From Cyanophora paradoxa CCMP329 (taxonomy: Eukaryota > Plantae > Glaucophyta): a DNA stretch of 64,000 bases. The stretch covers positions 124,001-188,000 of the forward strand of contig QPMI01000184.1 of NCBI GenBank assembly GCA_004431415.1, given 5' to 3'. The translations under genes and the position numbers were made by a program. The first letter of the stretch is position 1, and every line of letters starts with the position of its first letter. A model generated the notes under the pieces. It was not told the origin of the DNA, ran no database searches, and saw only the letters and a program-made list of their open reading frames with translations. Of the stretch, positions 49,073-60,532 are shown one piece after another.

Positions 49073-49873
49073 ATGTGGCGCTTGTTCCTCTGCCTGGCGG
49101 CGGCCTCCCGCCTTCCTCGACTAACGGTTTCGGCGTCGTCCCCGGGGATTCCTATTGCGATTCGACTTGTCAAGTTGCATAGTATAGCTAGATCGTCGGC
49201 TCATCCGGCGCATGATATAGCATCGACCGCCATCATCCGTTTCTCACGGCCGGCCCCCGCAGACGGATCGGGACCCATTGGAGTATGGCCTGCGGCTGGA
49301 TCGCTCTTTCTCCCACGTCGTGAATGCACATGAGCTCGGGAAGGTTCGCAACGATGAGCGCCTGTCACCGCCGCTTGCCCGCGGCGCCCGCGCCGACGAG
49401 CCCTGGCGCGCAGGTGCCGAATGCCGAGTGGACGAACCTTCGCGCATGGTGCGCGTCTCTCCCGCGCTGCGCTCCCTGTGCGCGCCGCTCTTCTGATCTC
49501 GGCTGCTCCCCGGCCCGGCCCCCGTAGCTACGAAGCGAAGAACAAGGTGCCGGCGGCGCCGGGGCCGGCTCACGCCAGCGGCGCGCTGCTGACTCTCCGG
49601 GCGCAGATGGACGACATAGACGTGCGCAGCGGGAAGCCGATCGGGTACGTGGAGGAGGAGGAGCGGATAGACTTCCTCGACTTTGAGGGCCTCTGCGGCG
49701 CGGTGCATGCGCGCCGGCGGCCCCGTCGGCCCCGCCGGACCGCCGCTCACGCCGGCCCGCAGGAGGAGGCCTCCAGCGTGGAGGGCGGCGTGGCGGCGGC
49801 GGTGGCGGAGGAGGCTTCGTTCGCCGAGTTCGCGGACGAGGCGGTCGAGGCCGGCGAGTACGAGACCCTGTAG
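49073..49873 (+). CDS. Small hypothetical spliced protein with an acidic C-terminus
   Basis: Short exons (LEYGLRLDRSFSHVVNAHELGK / VPNAEWTNLRA / YEAKNK / MDDIDVRSGKPIG / EEASSVEGG..EYETL*) separated by GT-AG introns. Start uncertain. Confidence 0.4.
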
Positions 49874-50941
49874 GGCGCCCCACCATCCCTTCCCCGCCCC
49901 CTCGTCCGACTCCGTCGGGCCGCTCCCCTCCGAGGCTCGCCTCGCGGCCCCTCGTGCATGCTGGCGAGTAAATATCACTCATTTTTTCCATCGCGTGCTT
50001 TGCGGCACGGGGCAATGTTGAGGCCGACAGCGGAGCCTCGGAGCCAGTGCGGACCGCTCTTGGCATGCATCGGGCCCCGTGTGGTCCGAGGCTGAGCAAC
50101 TCCGCACGCCCGGCGGCCAGAGAGCCCCGGAAACCTGGCTTTGGACCCGCGGAGCCTCGGCCTCGCTCCGGACAAAGAGGGCCGCGGAACAGCGAACTGG
50201 CCATGGATCTGACCACATGGGCGCACGGCAGTTGCGGCACAGGCTGTACATGATGTCGTGGACCCACAGCCTTTGGGGGCCGGTGGGGGGGGGGGGGGGG
50301 GGCGGGGGGCAAGCTTCATCAGCGGCTGTTGAAATTTTGTCTGCACACAGGGACACAAATGCACAACATCATCCGCAACTGTGCCTGTAAGCAGAATAAG
50401 TAAAGAGCATCGACTGACTGTGCCTGACTGACTCCATGTACGTCAGGTCTTGAGTGGAACCTTTTTAAACGACGACGTAGTGTAAATATATGGAAAGCCG
50501 CTACGAGAGACATTCACCATCGACAAAATTGGGCTTACGCCTTCTAAAAGTACAAATGGCCAAACGGAAGATAGCAAGGTTGCAAGCGGAGGCCAACGAA
50601 GGTCAGAGGCACCAACGACTATGTACAGTCGCAGCGGGCCGGAGCCCAGCTGCGCGTCTGCGATACAAAGTATGAATGCCTGGCATTCTAAAATAGTGAA
50701 GTGATTGGGGGATGGCTAAACAATGCGGGATCTAAGCTGTCTACAGGTATTTTGCGGTCCTGCTGTACAAACTACGCGAAATAAGTAACGGTGCTGCAAC
50801 AAGATACAGTGCATGAAGCATGAAGTGAAGAATTGTTCGGGAGGAAAGTAACAAATGCCGACCGCAACTGGCGGAGCGGCTCGAAAGAAATCCCAAGTGG
50901 CAAGCAGCTAGGTGCCCGAGGAGTCACACGGGGAACTTGTT

Positions 50942-52498
50942 TTACATGCCGCCTGCGGCGATGGCCGGCAGGGGCGGGGTGCGGCGGCCGTGCGAGGCTT
51001 GCGCCGGGTACATGCGCTCGTCCAGCCAGCCTGCGGGGGCGTGGGTACAGGCGCTCGTCCGGGGAGGGAGGGGCGGGGCGGGGCGCACGGGAGCGGACGA
51101 CGGACTCGTAGAGCCAGGCGCAGGAGACGGTGCGGATGCCCCAGCTCACGGCGTGGCGGAACTTCTCCGTGTCCGTCGACTGCCGGGGGCGACGCTCCGC
51201 GTCAGGCGACCCGGCACGGGGGCGGGGGCGGGGGCGGGGGCGGGGGGCCCACCGCGGCGATCAGGTGCGTGTTCCCGCGGCGGTGCAGCGCCGGCGTGAA
51301 GCGCGCGCCGTGCTCCGCGGCGAGGCGGCGCATCGTTGCCCGAGCGGCTACGCGGTCAGCGGTCAGCGGTCGCGATCGGCGATCCCGAGCGGGGCAGCTC
51401 ACTGTGCGGCAGGCCTGTCACCGAGAAGACAAGGCCAGAGAGCAGCGGGAGACGGTGCGGGGACGTCGGGACCAGCTCGCCGACGGTCAGGCAGGCGGCA
51501 ACCCAGGACGCGCGAAGCACCGGGGTGCCCTTCTCGAGGGCGGCCTGCACGAAGCGCGGCGGTTAGAGAGCGAATCAAAGCCTGCGGTGCGCAATGCGCG
51601 CGCGGCGCATCGGACCTGGCACGCAGGCAGGTCCATAGTGGTCGACACGACGTAGTCGACGTTGACCGGCGAAGTGTAAGCAGCATTGAAGATTCCGCCC
51701 ATTCGCGGGACGAGGCTCGCCGCCGCTTGCATCTGCGATGTGACCGGACGTGCGCGCGGTCAGCGCGCGAGCGCGGCCCCGCGGCAACCCCGCGAACCTC
51801 TTCGAGGGAGGCAGGAGCGGTGGTCGACTCATTGCCAGAGGTGTTTCCGTTGATCTCGGCAGCTGGGGCGCGTTGCGGCGGGAAGCAGAACCGCATGCCC
51901 TTGAAAAGGCCGCGCCGTTTGGCGTAGAACGACCGCTTCGACGCGCCATCAGCCTGGCCAGGCGGCGCCATGCCTGAGCATTATTAACAGTCAACAACGC
52001 GAAGCATGCACAGTTGCAAAGATGGCGGGCCGATCTTGCAAAGAATCGAATCGGCACGCACCGAAAGTGTTCTTGCAAATGGCATCCCAGAGGCAGGAAG
52101 CAGGAGAGCTGTCAGCCTGATTGCGTATGGAGCGGCAGGTCCCGGACAGGGCGACAAGGGAGTCGCCGTCAAGAGCGGACATGACGGCCACGACCAGCTC
52201 CGAGGGCAGCCGGAGGAGTTGGCACATCTCCATATCACTGGACGATGGCTGCTTCTTCACCTCCATCAGCAGGGCACGCGCTGGAGTCTCTAGGACCCGG
52301 TCGCTGCAGAAAACGGATCAGTTCACGAGCGCGGCGGGCCTCTAACAGCATTCGGGGGAGCGAAAAGCACCCGATAGAGGCCAGACGCCTTCTTTTCGAC
52401 ACAGTGGAGCGAGGAGGAGGGTGTGCGTCGCTCTCGTCGTGAGAATCATCGCTGCTGCTTGAATCCGCCACGCTGTAGCACTCCTCCGGGCACTCCAT
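50942..52498 (-). CDS. F-box plus tandem BRCT (TopBP1/Ect2-like pair) protein, spliced
   Basis: F-box LLRLPSELVVAVMSALDGDSLVALSGTCRSIR..LWDAIC. BRCT1 LFKGMRFCF..MGGIF..DYVV..VLRASWVAAC. BRCT2 LLSGLVFSVTGL..HGARF..THLI..EKFRHAVSWGIRTVSCAWLYES..WLDERMY. Confidence 0.75.
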
Positions 52499-52849
52499 CG
52501 CAACTGCAGGCCTCTTTGCTGGCCTCTTCTGCCTCGCTATCGCGCCGCGGTCGCGACCGTCGCCAAGCTGCGCAAACAGAACAGTCAGCGGTCCGAGACA
52601 GTCAGAACAGGCTGCATTCGACGCGGACAACTGAATTACCGGCGTGGCGGCGCCATCGGGCATGTTGCGCTGCCCAAACGAGCGGCTGTTCTCGACCCAG
52701 TGACTAGCGTACCCCTAGATTCGAGCTTCTACCCCCATTCGCCCCAAGGAATCCAGAATCAATCTGGCCGCGGCCCCAATCCGGCCCCATCGCCTTCGTT
52801 TGAGTTCGCGTCGATTGGGGCGAAGTTGGGGCACGCCGCCGTGACGCCG

Positions 52850-53030
52850 GCCGCATGCGCAGTGCGCACTGCGCACTGCGCTAGCGCTGCTGTCTGCGCA
52901 TGCAGTGCGCGCGCACTGCGGCACTGCGCAGTGCGTACTGCGCAGTCGACGTCGCCGGTCGACTCGACGAGTCGACGAGTCGACAACGACGACGACGCGC
53001 GCAGCGCTATAGCGCTAGCGCTATCGCTTG
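52850..53030. repeat. Self-complementary low-complexity tract (TGCGCA/GCACT, GTCGAC, AGCGCT units)
   Basis: Successive blocks of short palindromes: tgcgcagtgcgcactgcgcactgcgc; gtcgactcgacgagtcgacgagtcgac; agcgctatagcgctagcgct. Confidence 0.6.
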
Positions 53031-53292
53031 CAATTGATGAGGTCGAGCCTTCGATCTTGAATTTTGCCATTGACATGATCGCAATCGAACTTGCGAAGCT
53101 TAAGACTGCTCAAGCGAAGCACGAATTCGACGCATGGGCCCACTCAGTGACTGCAGCTGCGCGCGCGGAGGCATAAAACTCAAAATTAATGTTCATGTAC
53201 ATGTACATGTGCCAGCATAGAACGGCAGGCTGCAGCCTGCAGGGGCGACCGCGAGCGAGCCGCTGAGCACGGGGTCGGGAGTTCGCGATCGC

Positions 53293-56200
53293 TCAGAAGG
53301 GGGCGGGGAGGACGGAGTCGAGGGCGAGGGCGTCGCCCTGGAAGAGGGAGAGGGCGACGGTGAGCGCCGAGAGCCCCGCGCTCAGCAGCGACCGCAGCAG
53401 CGCCTCGTCCATCCGCATCCCCTACGTGCCCCCACGAAAACGCCGGGAACCGGGCTTCAGGGAAGCGCGCGGGGAGGGGGCCGGGGCGGGGCGGGGCGGG
53501 CACGCGCACGAGGAGGGCGACGGGGCGGAGGCGGTCCTCGAGCTCGAGGGCGCCCTGGGCGAGCTCGAGCGCGTGCGAGCACGCGCACGCCTGCGCCCCG
53601 CGCCCCGCCCCGCACGCCCCGCACCCCGCCTCCCTCCAGCTCCCCGCCGCGCCCGGAGGCGGGCCCCCCCGCCCCCGCCGCTCCGCCTCGGCGCCGACGT
53701 TGGGCGGGAGGTACAGGTCCACCGGCCCCGCGGGGGCGTCGGCGGGGCCAAGCACGCGCTGCTCGGCCAGCTGGGCCTGCCGCCGACGCCGACTCAGGGG
53801 GCGGGGAGGAAGACTGGGCGAGGGGCGAGGTGGAGGGGAGGAGGCGGGCCCGGATGGAGTGTAGGAGAAAGGCGTGCTCGACGGCGAGCTCGTTGGCGCC
53901 GGCCCCGAAGTAGACGCACGCCACCAGCGCCGCCCCCACCAGCCCCGTCTGACCCGCCCGCCCTCAGTCATGATCAACACTGATCGTGAACGCGCTCAGC
54001 GGCCAATGCTCAGGCTTCGCTCACGTTGTATGCGATGTAGGCCTGTGGATACGCATCGGATCAGAGGTAGAGAGGGTTGGAGAGGAGGATGTGTGGGGGG
54101 GGGGGTACGCAGCGCACGTAGACGTAGCGGTGGACGTGGGCGGGGGCGAGGGCGAGCCCGAGGCCCACGGCGGAGGCGCCGGCCCCGCTGAAAAAGGACT
54201 GTGCGGTGACGGTACCGGTGACATGGTGAGCCCGGGTTGAGGGGGCGGGGGGCGGGGCTTGGGGCGGGGCCGGGGCGCCTGGAAGAACAAGAAGGCCATC
54301 TGCGCGGCGAGCAGGAGGGCGAAGCAGGAGAGGAAGAACTGGCGGGCCGGGGCGTGAGCGAGGCGGAGGTCTCGCTGGGGGGCGGGGGGTCGCGTGCGTG
54401 ACCTGGATGCGGAGGTGGAAGGAGCGGCCGACGTCCCCCGCCCACGCCCGCAGCCGCAGCCAGGCCATCGCCGCTGCCGGCCGCCGCAGGTCCAGTCGCA
54501 GCCGCCCCGGGCCCCGCCCCGCCCCAGCCCCGCCCTCCAGCTGCGCGTCGCCGTGCTCAGGGCAGGCTTCCACGCGCGAGCCCGAGGAAGCACGCGCACC
54601 GTATGCGGGGCGGGGCGGCCCTGCGCAGCGCTAGCCGGCCCACCCGAGGAGCTGGCCATGGAGGCGGCGGCGGGGGTACCGGGCGGCGGGGACAGCGTGG
54701 CGCGGCCGGCGATGAGGAGCCGCCCCGCCGCGCGCACCCAGGTGTACCTGCGCATGCGCCGCGCCTCAGCGATCGCTCTGTAGCCACTCGCCGGCTCGCG
54801 ATCGCGGGCTGACCGCCGATGGTAGTCGACGCAGGCGGAGACGAAGAAGGCCGTCACGAAGAAGTACATCGACCTGCGCCCCCGCGCCCCGCCACCTCGC
54901 TGCCGCGCCCCCAGCTCGGGGGGCGGGCGGGGCGGGCGGGCGGACAGGAAGCCGTTGGTGAGCATCGCGCAGGAGAGGGCGAGCAGCACGGGCCGCGACG
55001 CCGAGACGGCCCGCTGCGGCCGCCGTTCGAGCTCAGGGCGTGGAGGGTCCCGAAGCGGGCAGGGCGTGGGGGGCCCCGAGCCGGGCGCGCGCACGATCTC
55101 GGAGAAGAGGTAGGGGATGGCGCAGTGGGCGAGCGTCAGCACCAGCTGCGCGCCCCGCCTCAGACGGAGCCGATGCGAGGGGGAGCGCCAGTTGCAGATC
55201 GGAGCGGGCCTTGGGCAGCTCGAGATAGGCGAGGCGCGTGCGGCGGGCCCCCGCCGCGGCCCCGCGCTCGTCGATGCCGCCCGCCGCGCCCTTCGATATC
55301 GATCCGCTTTGCCGTCTTGGGACGTGCGACGGGCTCGCCTCCAGCACCTGCGTGCACGTACACATGCATCTGAGGGCGGCCGACATCGACGGGATTAATA
55401 TATACGAGTGCGGGCCTGGGGGGGCACCTGCTGGAGGACCCACAGGCGCGCGGGGGCGGCCGTGCCCCCGCCGGGGAGGGCCCGCACCCTCGCCGCGTCC
55501 TCCGGGCGCGCCTGCAGATTCAAACCGCACATCAAGTCGAAGGGGCGAGATTGGGTGCCCGGGGGACTGGAGGGCGCACGAGGGCGGCGAGCTCGAGGGC
55601 GGCGAGGACCTCGGCGGGGGTGTTCGCGAAGGGGACGGGGAAGGCGGGGTCGAAGCCCGCGCGGATGCACGCCAGGTCCACCTGCCCGCCCCCAGCCTCG
55701 CCATCGGCGTGGCCCGGCGCGGGACGGGGGCAGCGCGCCTCGCACCTCCCGGAGGGCCGTTAGGAACCGGAGGGGGAGCCAACTGCGAGCCGCGCTCGTC
55801 GGCCCTCCACCATTACCTCTTAAACCACCCCCCCCTCCCCCCCCCCGCCCCCGCCGCCGCCGCCGCCACCACCCTTAGCCGGGCGCACCCGAAGATGGCC
55901 TCCTCAGAGCGGGCCTCGAGGGTGGAGAGGCCGCGCGAGGCGGCCTTCCGCGCCAGGTCCGGCGCCCGGTCTGCAGGGAGCCAGGGTCAGGGATGCAGGG
56001 GGCTGGAAGGGGGGGCGGGGCGCACAGCCGTACTTGACGGCGACCATGAGGGGCCGCACGGTGGAGACTGCGAAGAAGGCGAGGTACTCCGTCGACTGCC
56101 GCCCCGGGCCCCGCACGGGTGAAGCCAAGCCGGGAGGGAGGGGAGGGGGGCAGGGGGGGGGGGAAGAGGGGGTATACGTAGAGAGGAAGCACCTTGAGGC

Positions 56201-57250
56201 TGCGCTCCTCGGGGGTCAGGAGGAAGAGGAAGGAGACCGTCGAGAACCACCACGACAGCTGCGCGGGCCGGGGGGTTGCAGTCGGCCTTCGTACTACGGT
56301 AGGGGCAGCCGGAGCGGGCAGCGGCACCCCGAAGAAGATGTTGATGACGGTGATCACAGCGTTCTCGGGCCCCCAGTACGCGTGGCTCCGCATGCCCCTC
56401 GTCCCCTGCTGCAGAAAGAGGTACGGCAGGGCTGCGCACAATCGATGTCATGCGCGCGCGCGCGCCAACGCCCCCGGAGGCCCCCATCGGACGCTAAGCG
56501 CTAGCGCGCGCTAAGCGCTAGCGCGCGCTAAGCGCTAGCGCCACACGCCGGGGGAGAAGGCCGAGGGGTTCGAGCGGCGAGCTGGCGAACTCGGGGATTC
56601 GAACGTACTGAACGGAAAGCAGACGTGGCTGCGGGCGCCGGCCGCGGCCGGAGCGTCAAGTTGGCGTCCAACCGTAATGTGTGCGACGTGCAAGGTCAAC
56701 GCGAGTAACGCACACGAACAGCTCGTTGAAGAAGGCGCGCCAGTCGAGCGGGAGGCGCTGCAGCAGGTTGTGGTCCGCGTCCTGCGCGCCGGACGCCGCG
56801 ACCGCGCGGCCGCGGCCACGCGGAGGTTCATGATCAAACGCTAAAGCGAATGCTTAACGCGCGCGCAAAGGCAATGTTCCGCAAAGGCAATGGGAAGCCT
56901 TCATCCTATGTTTGCGCGGCGTCGACGTCCGACGCGGCAGGCCTAGGGGCAGCGCCCTTATCCGGATCCTGGACCCTTAAGCTTATCTGGCATCGCCCTC
57001 GCGATCGATGGCTCCCGATGGCCCCGCGGCTCACCTCGCCCTGGAACAGCTCTCGCTCGAGCCACACCGCATCGGCGAGAGCCGTGGCGCTGCTGTCTCC
57101 CGCGGCCGCGGCCGCGACCGTTGGGCCATGTACATATCGAGACGTGATCGGCGCTGCTGCCTGCGCTGCGAATCGGCCGGACGACGTGGAAGAAGTCGAC
57201 GCCGACGCTGAAAGTGGGCCCCGTCTGAGCCGCTCCTGCAGCTGCTCCAT
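53293..57250 (-). CDS. Multi-pass membrane protein, PHTF-like, many introns
   Basis: Several TM exons (VITVINIFFG-LSWWFSTVSFLFLL; YLAFFAVSTVRPLMVAVKYG; VLTLAHCAIPYLF; SMYFFVTAFFVSACVDY; FFLSCFALLLAAQMAFLFF; LVGAALVACVYFGAGAN), plus LRLDLRRPAAAMAWLRLR and C-terminal ELEDRLRPVALLGMRMDEALLRSLLSAGLSALTVALSLF, which recall PHTF motifs. Start inferred. Confidence 0.55.
56492..56541. repeat. 17-bp tandem repeat x3 (CGCTAAGCGCTAGCGCG), intronic
   Basis: Directly visible; lies inside the PHTF-like gene model. Confidence 0.85.
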
Positions 57251-57482
57251 CCGGCTGGATCAAATGTACCGTACCCATAGGATTCAGGCAACTTGGGCAT
57301 GTTGCCACTCCACTACGTACCCTTTTGCACCACGTAGCAGAATCGAGTTGGACGGGCCTATTACATGATTGCCGGGGCCCCGTGCCCAAATCCGCTTTGG
57401 GCACGTCGGGGCTAGGGCGCGTCGTGCCCAAAGGCCTGGGCACGGCGGGTAGAGCAGCGTCGTGCCCAAGTCGTGCCCCGCG

Positions 57483-59912
57483 ATGGCGGGAGAGCAGCCT
57501 GGCAGCGCGGCAGGCGGGGGCGTGCAGGCTCCAACTATGTGGTCGTTCTGTGTGTACTTGCATAGCGAAGTTGGCAATCCAGCGGAGTGCTTGCCGACGA
57601 TGGGCAACATGGTCCCAGCACCGCTCATACCGTCGGCGGAGCCCATATTCAGGAAGCTGGTAGACAGGAAGCTTCTTCGTCCGGAGATACAGCAGATAGA
57701 TCAGCTGCGCTTCTGGCAGTGCTGGCGGGGAGCTACTGTGCGACTCTATCATGACGTGCGAGTCGTACTGCCGCGTGCAAGCAACGCCGATCGACTGATC
57801 TGGACTCGGGCATGCGCAGGAGTTCGCCGTGGTGGTCGAGGGAGGGCCCGTTACCCTCATCGTCGCGCCGGCCAAAGTAGTGCAGCCCGACCTGGCGCAC
57901 TACGGCCTGGTGCGCTAGCTAACGTGAACGATATCCCGCGCCTGATGTCTCCTGCAGGGCCTCCCACCGGCCGGCCCTGCAGCTCCCGCAGCGCTAGCAG
58001 CGGTAGCGCCTCGCGCCCCCACGGCCGCATCCAGCGCGGGCAGCGCCGCCGGGAGCGGTGATGAGGATGACGGGCTGGAGCAGTATGAGCGCTTCCTCAG
58101 TCTGGACACGGATGGCATCTTCGGCGGGATCAGCGCTGACCAAGCGAAAGACCAGGTACATGATCCGGGCACGATCCGGGCACGTACGGGGCACGTCTGA
58201 GCACGGGCCGTGCACGCAGATCTTTGGAAAGGGCGCGCGAGCGAACATCAAGAACCTGAACCGATTCCTTGCCGCCCCGTTTCGTCTGCACTACGGGGAA
58301 GCTGACGGCCTGAGCAAGGTGAGAGGACAGAACACGCTGGTCATTGCAGACATGGAAGACGCGTGAGTGGCTGCGTTCTTTTGGAAGCAGCACAAGAGCA
58401 GCGCAAACCTTGCCTCGCAGGTTGGCCGTCCTCCTGGACAGGACGGTGGAGACCTCAAGCATCCCAGCGAAGATCAAAGAGAAGTGCACGGAACGGATGA
58501 AACAGCGGCTCCAGACCCTCAACCCGTACGAGAAGACCCGAGCACTGCTGGAGGTCAACAGGATCTACAGGACATGGACGATGATCATGTCAGTCGACAA
58601 CATCCCGTTCCTTCCGAAGTGCGCCCTTGCCGCTCTCTTTCTCTTTCTCTTTCTCCCTCTTTCTCCCGCCATGGACGCTAAGCCTCGCCGCAGGCCTGAC
58701 GTGGAGCCGCCATGGGAAACGAACCTGGCGACAGTGAAGGAGAAGGCGGCCAGGTCGGGCATAACACACCAGAGCCGGGTTCACGCTGCGAAGCGAAGAG
58801 ACGACGAGAACTCCGATGGAGGAGGCGGCGCTGCAACCGAGCATCCGAAGAAGGCGACCAAGAAGGCGCCAGCGGAGAAGAAGGCCGCTACGGAGAAGAC
58901 GAACCGGGCGCGGAAGCACGAGGAGGCGGAGGACGAGAACGCGGCGGAGGCCGCCGTGACCGGAGCACGTTTGGGCACGGCGCGGGCACATTTGGGCACG
59001 ACGCGGGCACGTCCACAGTCGTCGGGCACGGCTGGGGCACGTAATGGGGCACCACGTGCTGAGAAATCGGTGAGCTTTCATGAGGACGTGCTCGAGACGC
59101 CCCACGCCCGCTGTCACATTCCAGACACTCATGCAAACCCGGCGCAGGCTACGGGTGGGCAGAACGCAGAGGACTCAGTGAAGAAGAAGAAGAAGAAGAA
59201 GAGGACGCCGGCGCCGAAGGACACTGAGGAAGAGCTGGAGACAGAGATTGAACCGCAACTGTCGAAGAAGCCCAGGGCAGCGAGCGTGAAGGAGCACACG
59301 TCGGCGTCGTCGTCGTCGAAGGTGGCTGCCCGCGCCGTCCAACGTGTGCATCTCTCCCCACCTGACGTTCACTGAAGGCAGCATCTGGCCCGGAGAAGAA
59401 GGCGGCGAAGGGAAAGGACCCGGAGCACTCAGGCAAGGCTCAGGAGCAATCTTCGCACAGGGGGCCCAAGCATGCGCCCTCGCGCGACGACGAAGCCAGC
59501 ACTCAGGCTCCCCCGTGCGTTCCCGTGCTTGGGCACGGTCTGGGTACTATTTCGGCATGTCGCGTCCTTGGTCGTGCTGCACTCTCGTGCCCAAACGTGC
59601 CCCAATCGTGCCCCAACGTGCCCCATGGTTCTCCCGACGAAATCTGATTCCGGAGCGTCGCTGTTGCAGGCGAGAGAAGGGGAGGCACTACGACTTTTCT
59701 TATTTCTTAGCGAATCCCAGTTCAAGTACTTCCTGTGCATACGGGAGACGGTCAAGTCCAAGAGCACATACAAGCAGGGCCACATCTTCCCCAAGTGCAA
59801 CAAGCACGGCGATCCGCCGTCGGGCTGCCTAGGGGTGTACGGGATCAAGCAGCTCATTCAGGACACCGCAAAGCTAGCTGCGGCCCAAAAAAAGGCGGCG
59901 GCGGCAAAGTAG
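57483..59912 (+). CDS. Transposon-associated hypothetical spliced gene (possibly two genes, second ATG at 58671)
   Basis: Coding-like exons (MWSFCVYLHSEVG..; EQYERFLSLDTDGIFGGISADQAKDQ|IFGKGARANIKNLNRFL; Lys-rich middle; AREGEALRLFLFLSESQFKYFLCIRETVKSKSTYKQGHIFPKCNKHGDPPSGCLGVYGIKQL..*). Several introns carry the GGGCAC motif. Confidence 0.5.
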
Positions 59913-60532
59913 ATCCAGTGTCTATCTCCTAGTAGCAGTCCTAGTAGCTCTACTAGCATTGATAGTGTTGCTCTATTAGGGTTTTTGCAGCGTATCTTCC
60001 TTAGAATTGGGTCGTGCACTGGTCGTGCCCGGCTCGTGCCCAAACATGCCCAAATGTGCCCCGTCATGCCCAAACCGACTTGATCCTGAATTTAGCAGTG
60101 ATTGACGTCGCGGAGCACGATTGCGCATTGAACTGCACATTTGCCATGTGAACTTAACAGTATTGATATTTTACAACGTTTTGATGAAGAAAGGCGATGC
60201 GAAGAACTTCAGCATGACATGTTCCGCGTCGCTCAGAAGTCTGACCATCGGACTCGCATCATGATGTGAAGCCAAGGGTCATGAACTCATGATGAGGCCT
60301 CGAAGACCTGAAGCAGTTCCGACCCGTCCGAGAGGCCGCACAAGTTGAATTTGAGAATGCTGAAGCCTTGTTTAACTCGTATTCATGAAGCTTCATGGTT
60401 CGCTCCCTCTTTACCGGTTTCTGCTACTTGCTCGTGCCCACGTCATGCCCAATCGTGCCCAAGTACGTGCCCAGACGAAGTTCGGACATGCTCAAGGAGG
60501 GCACGACTCGGAAACTCTTTCACAACGAAAGG

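Noticed and set aside
52700-53176. 158-aa ORF
   Set aside because: It runs through the palindromic low-complexity tract, has no ATG start and shows no recognisable domain.
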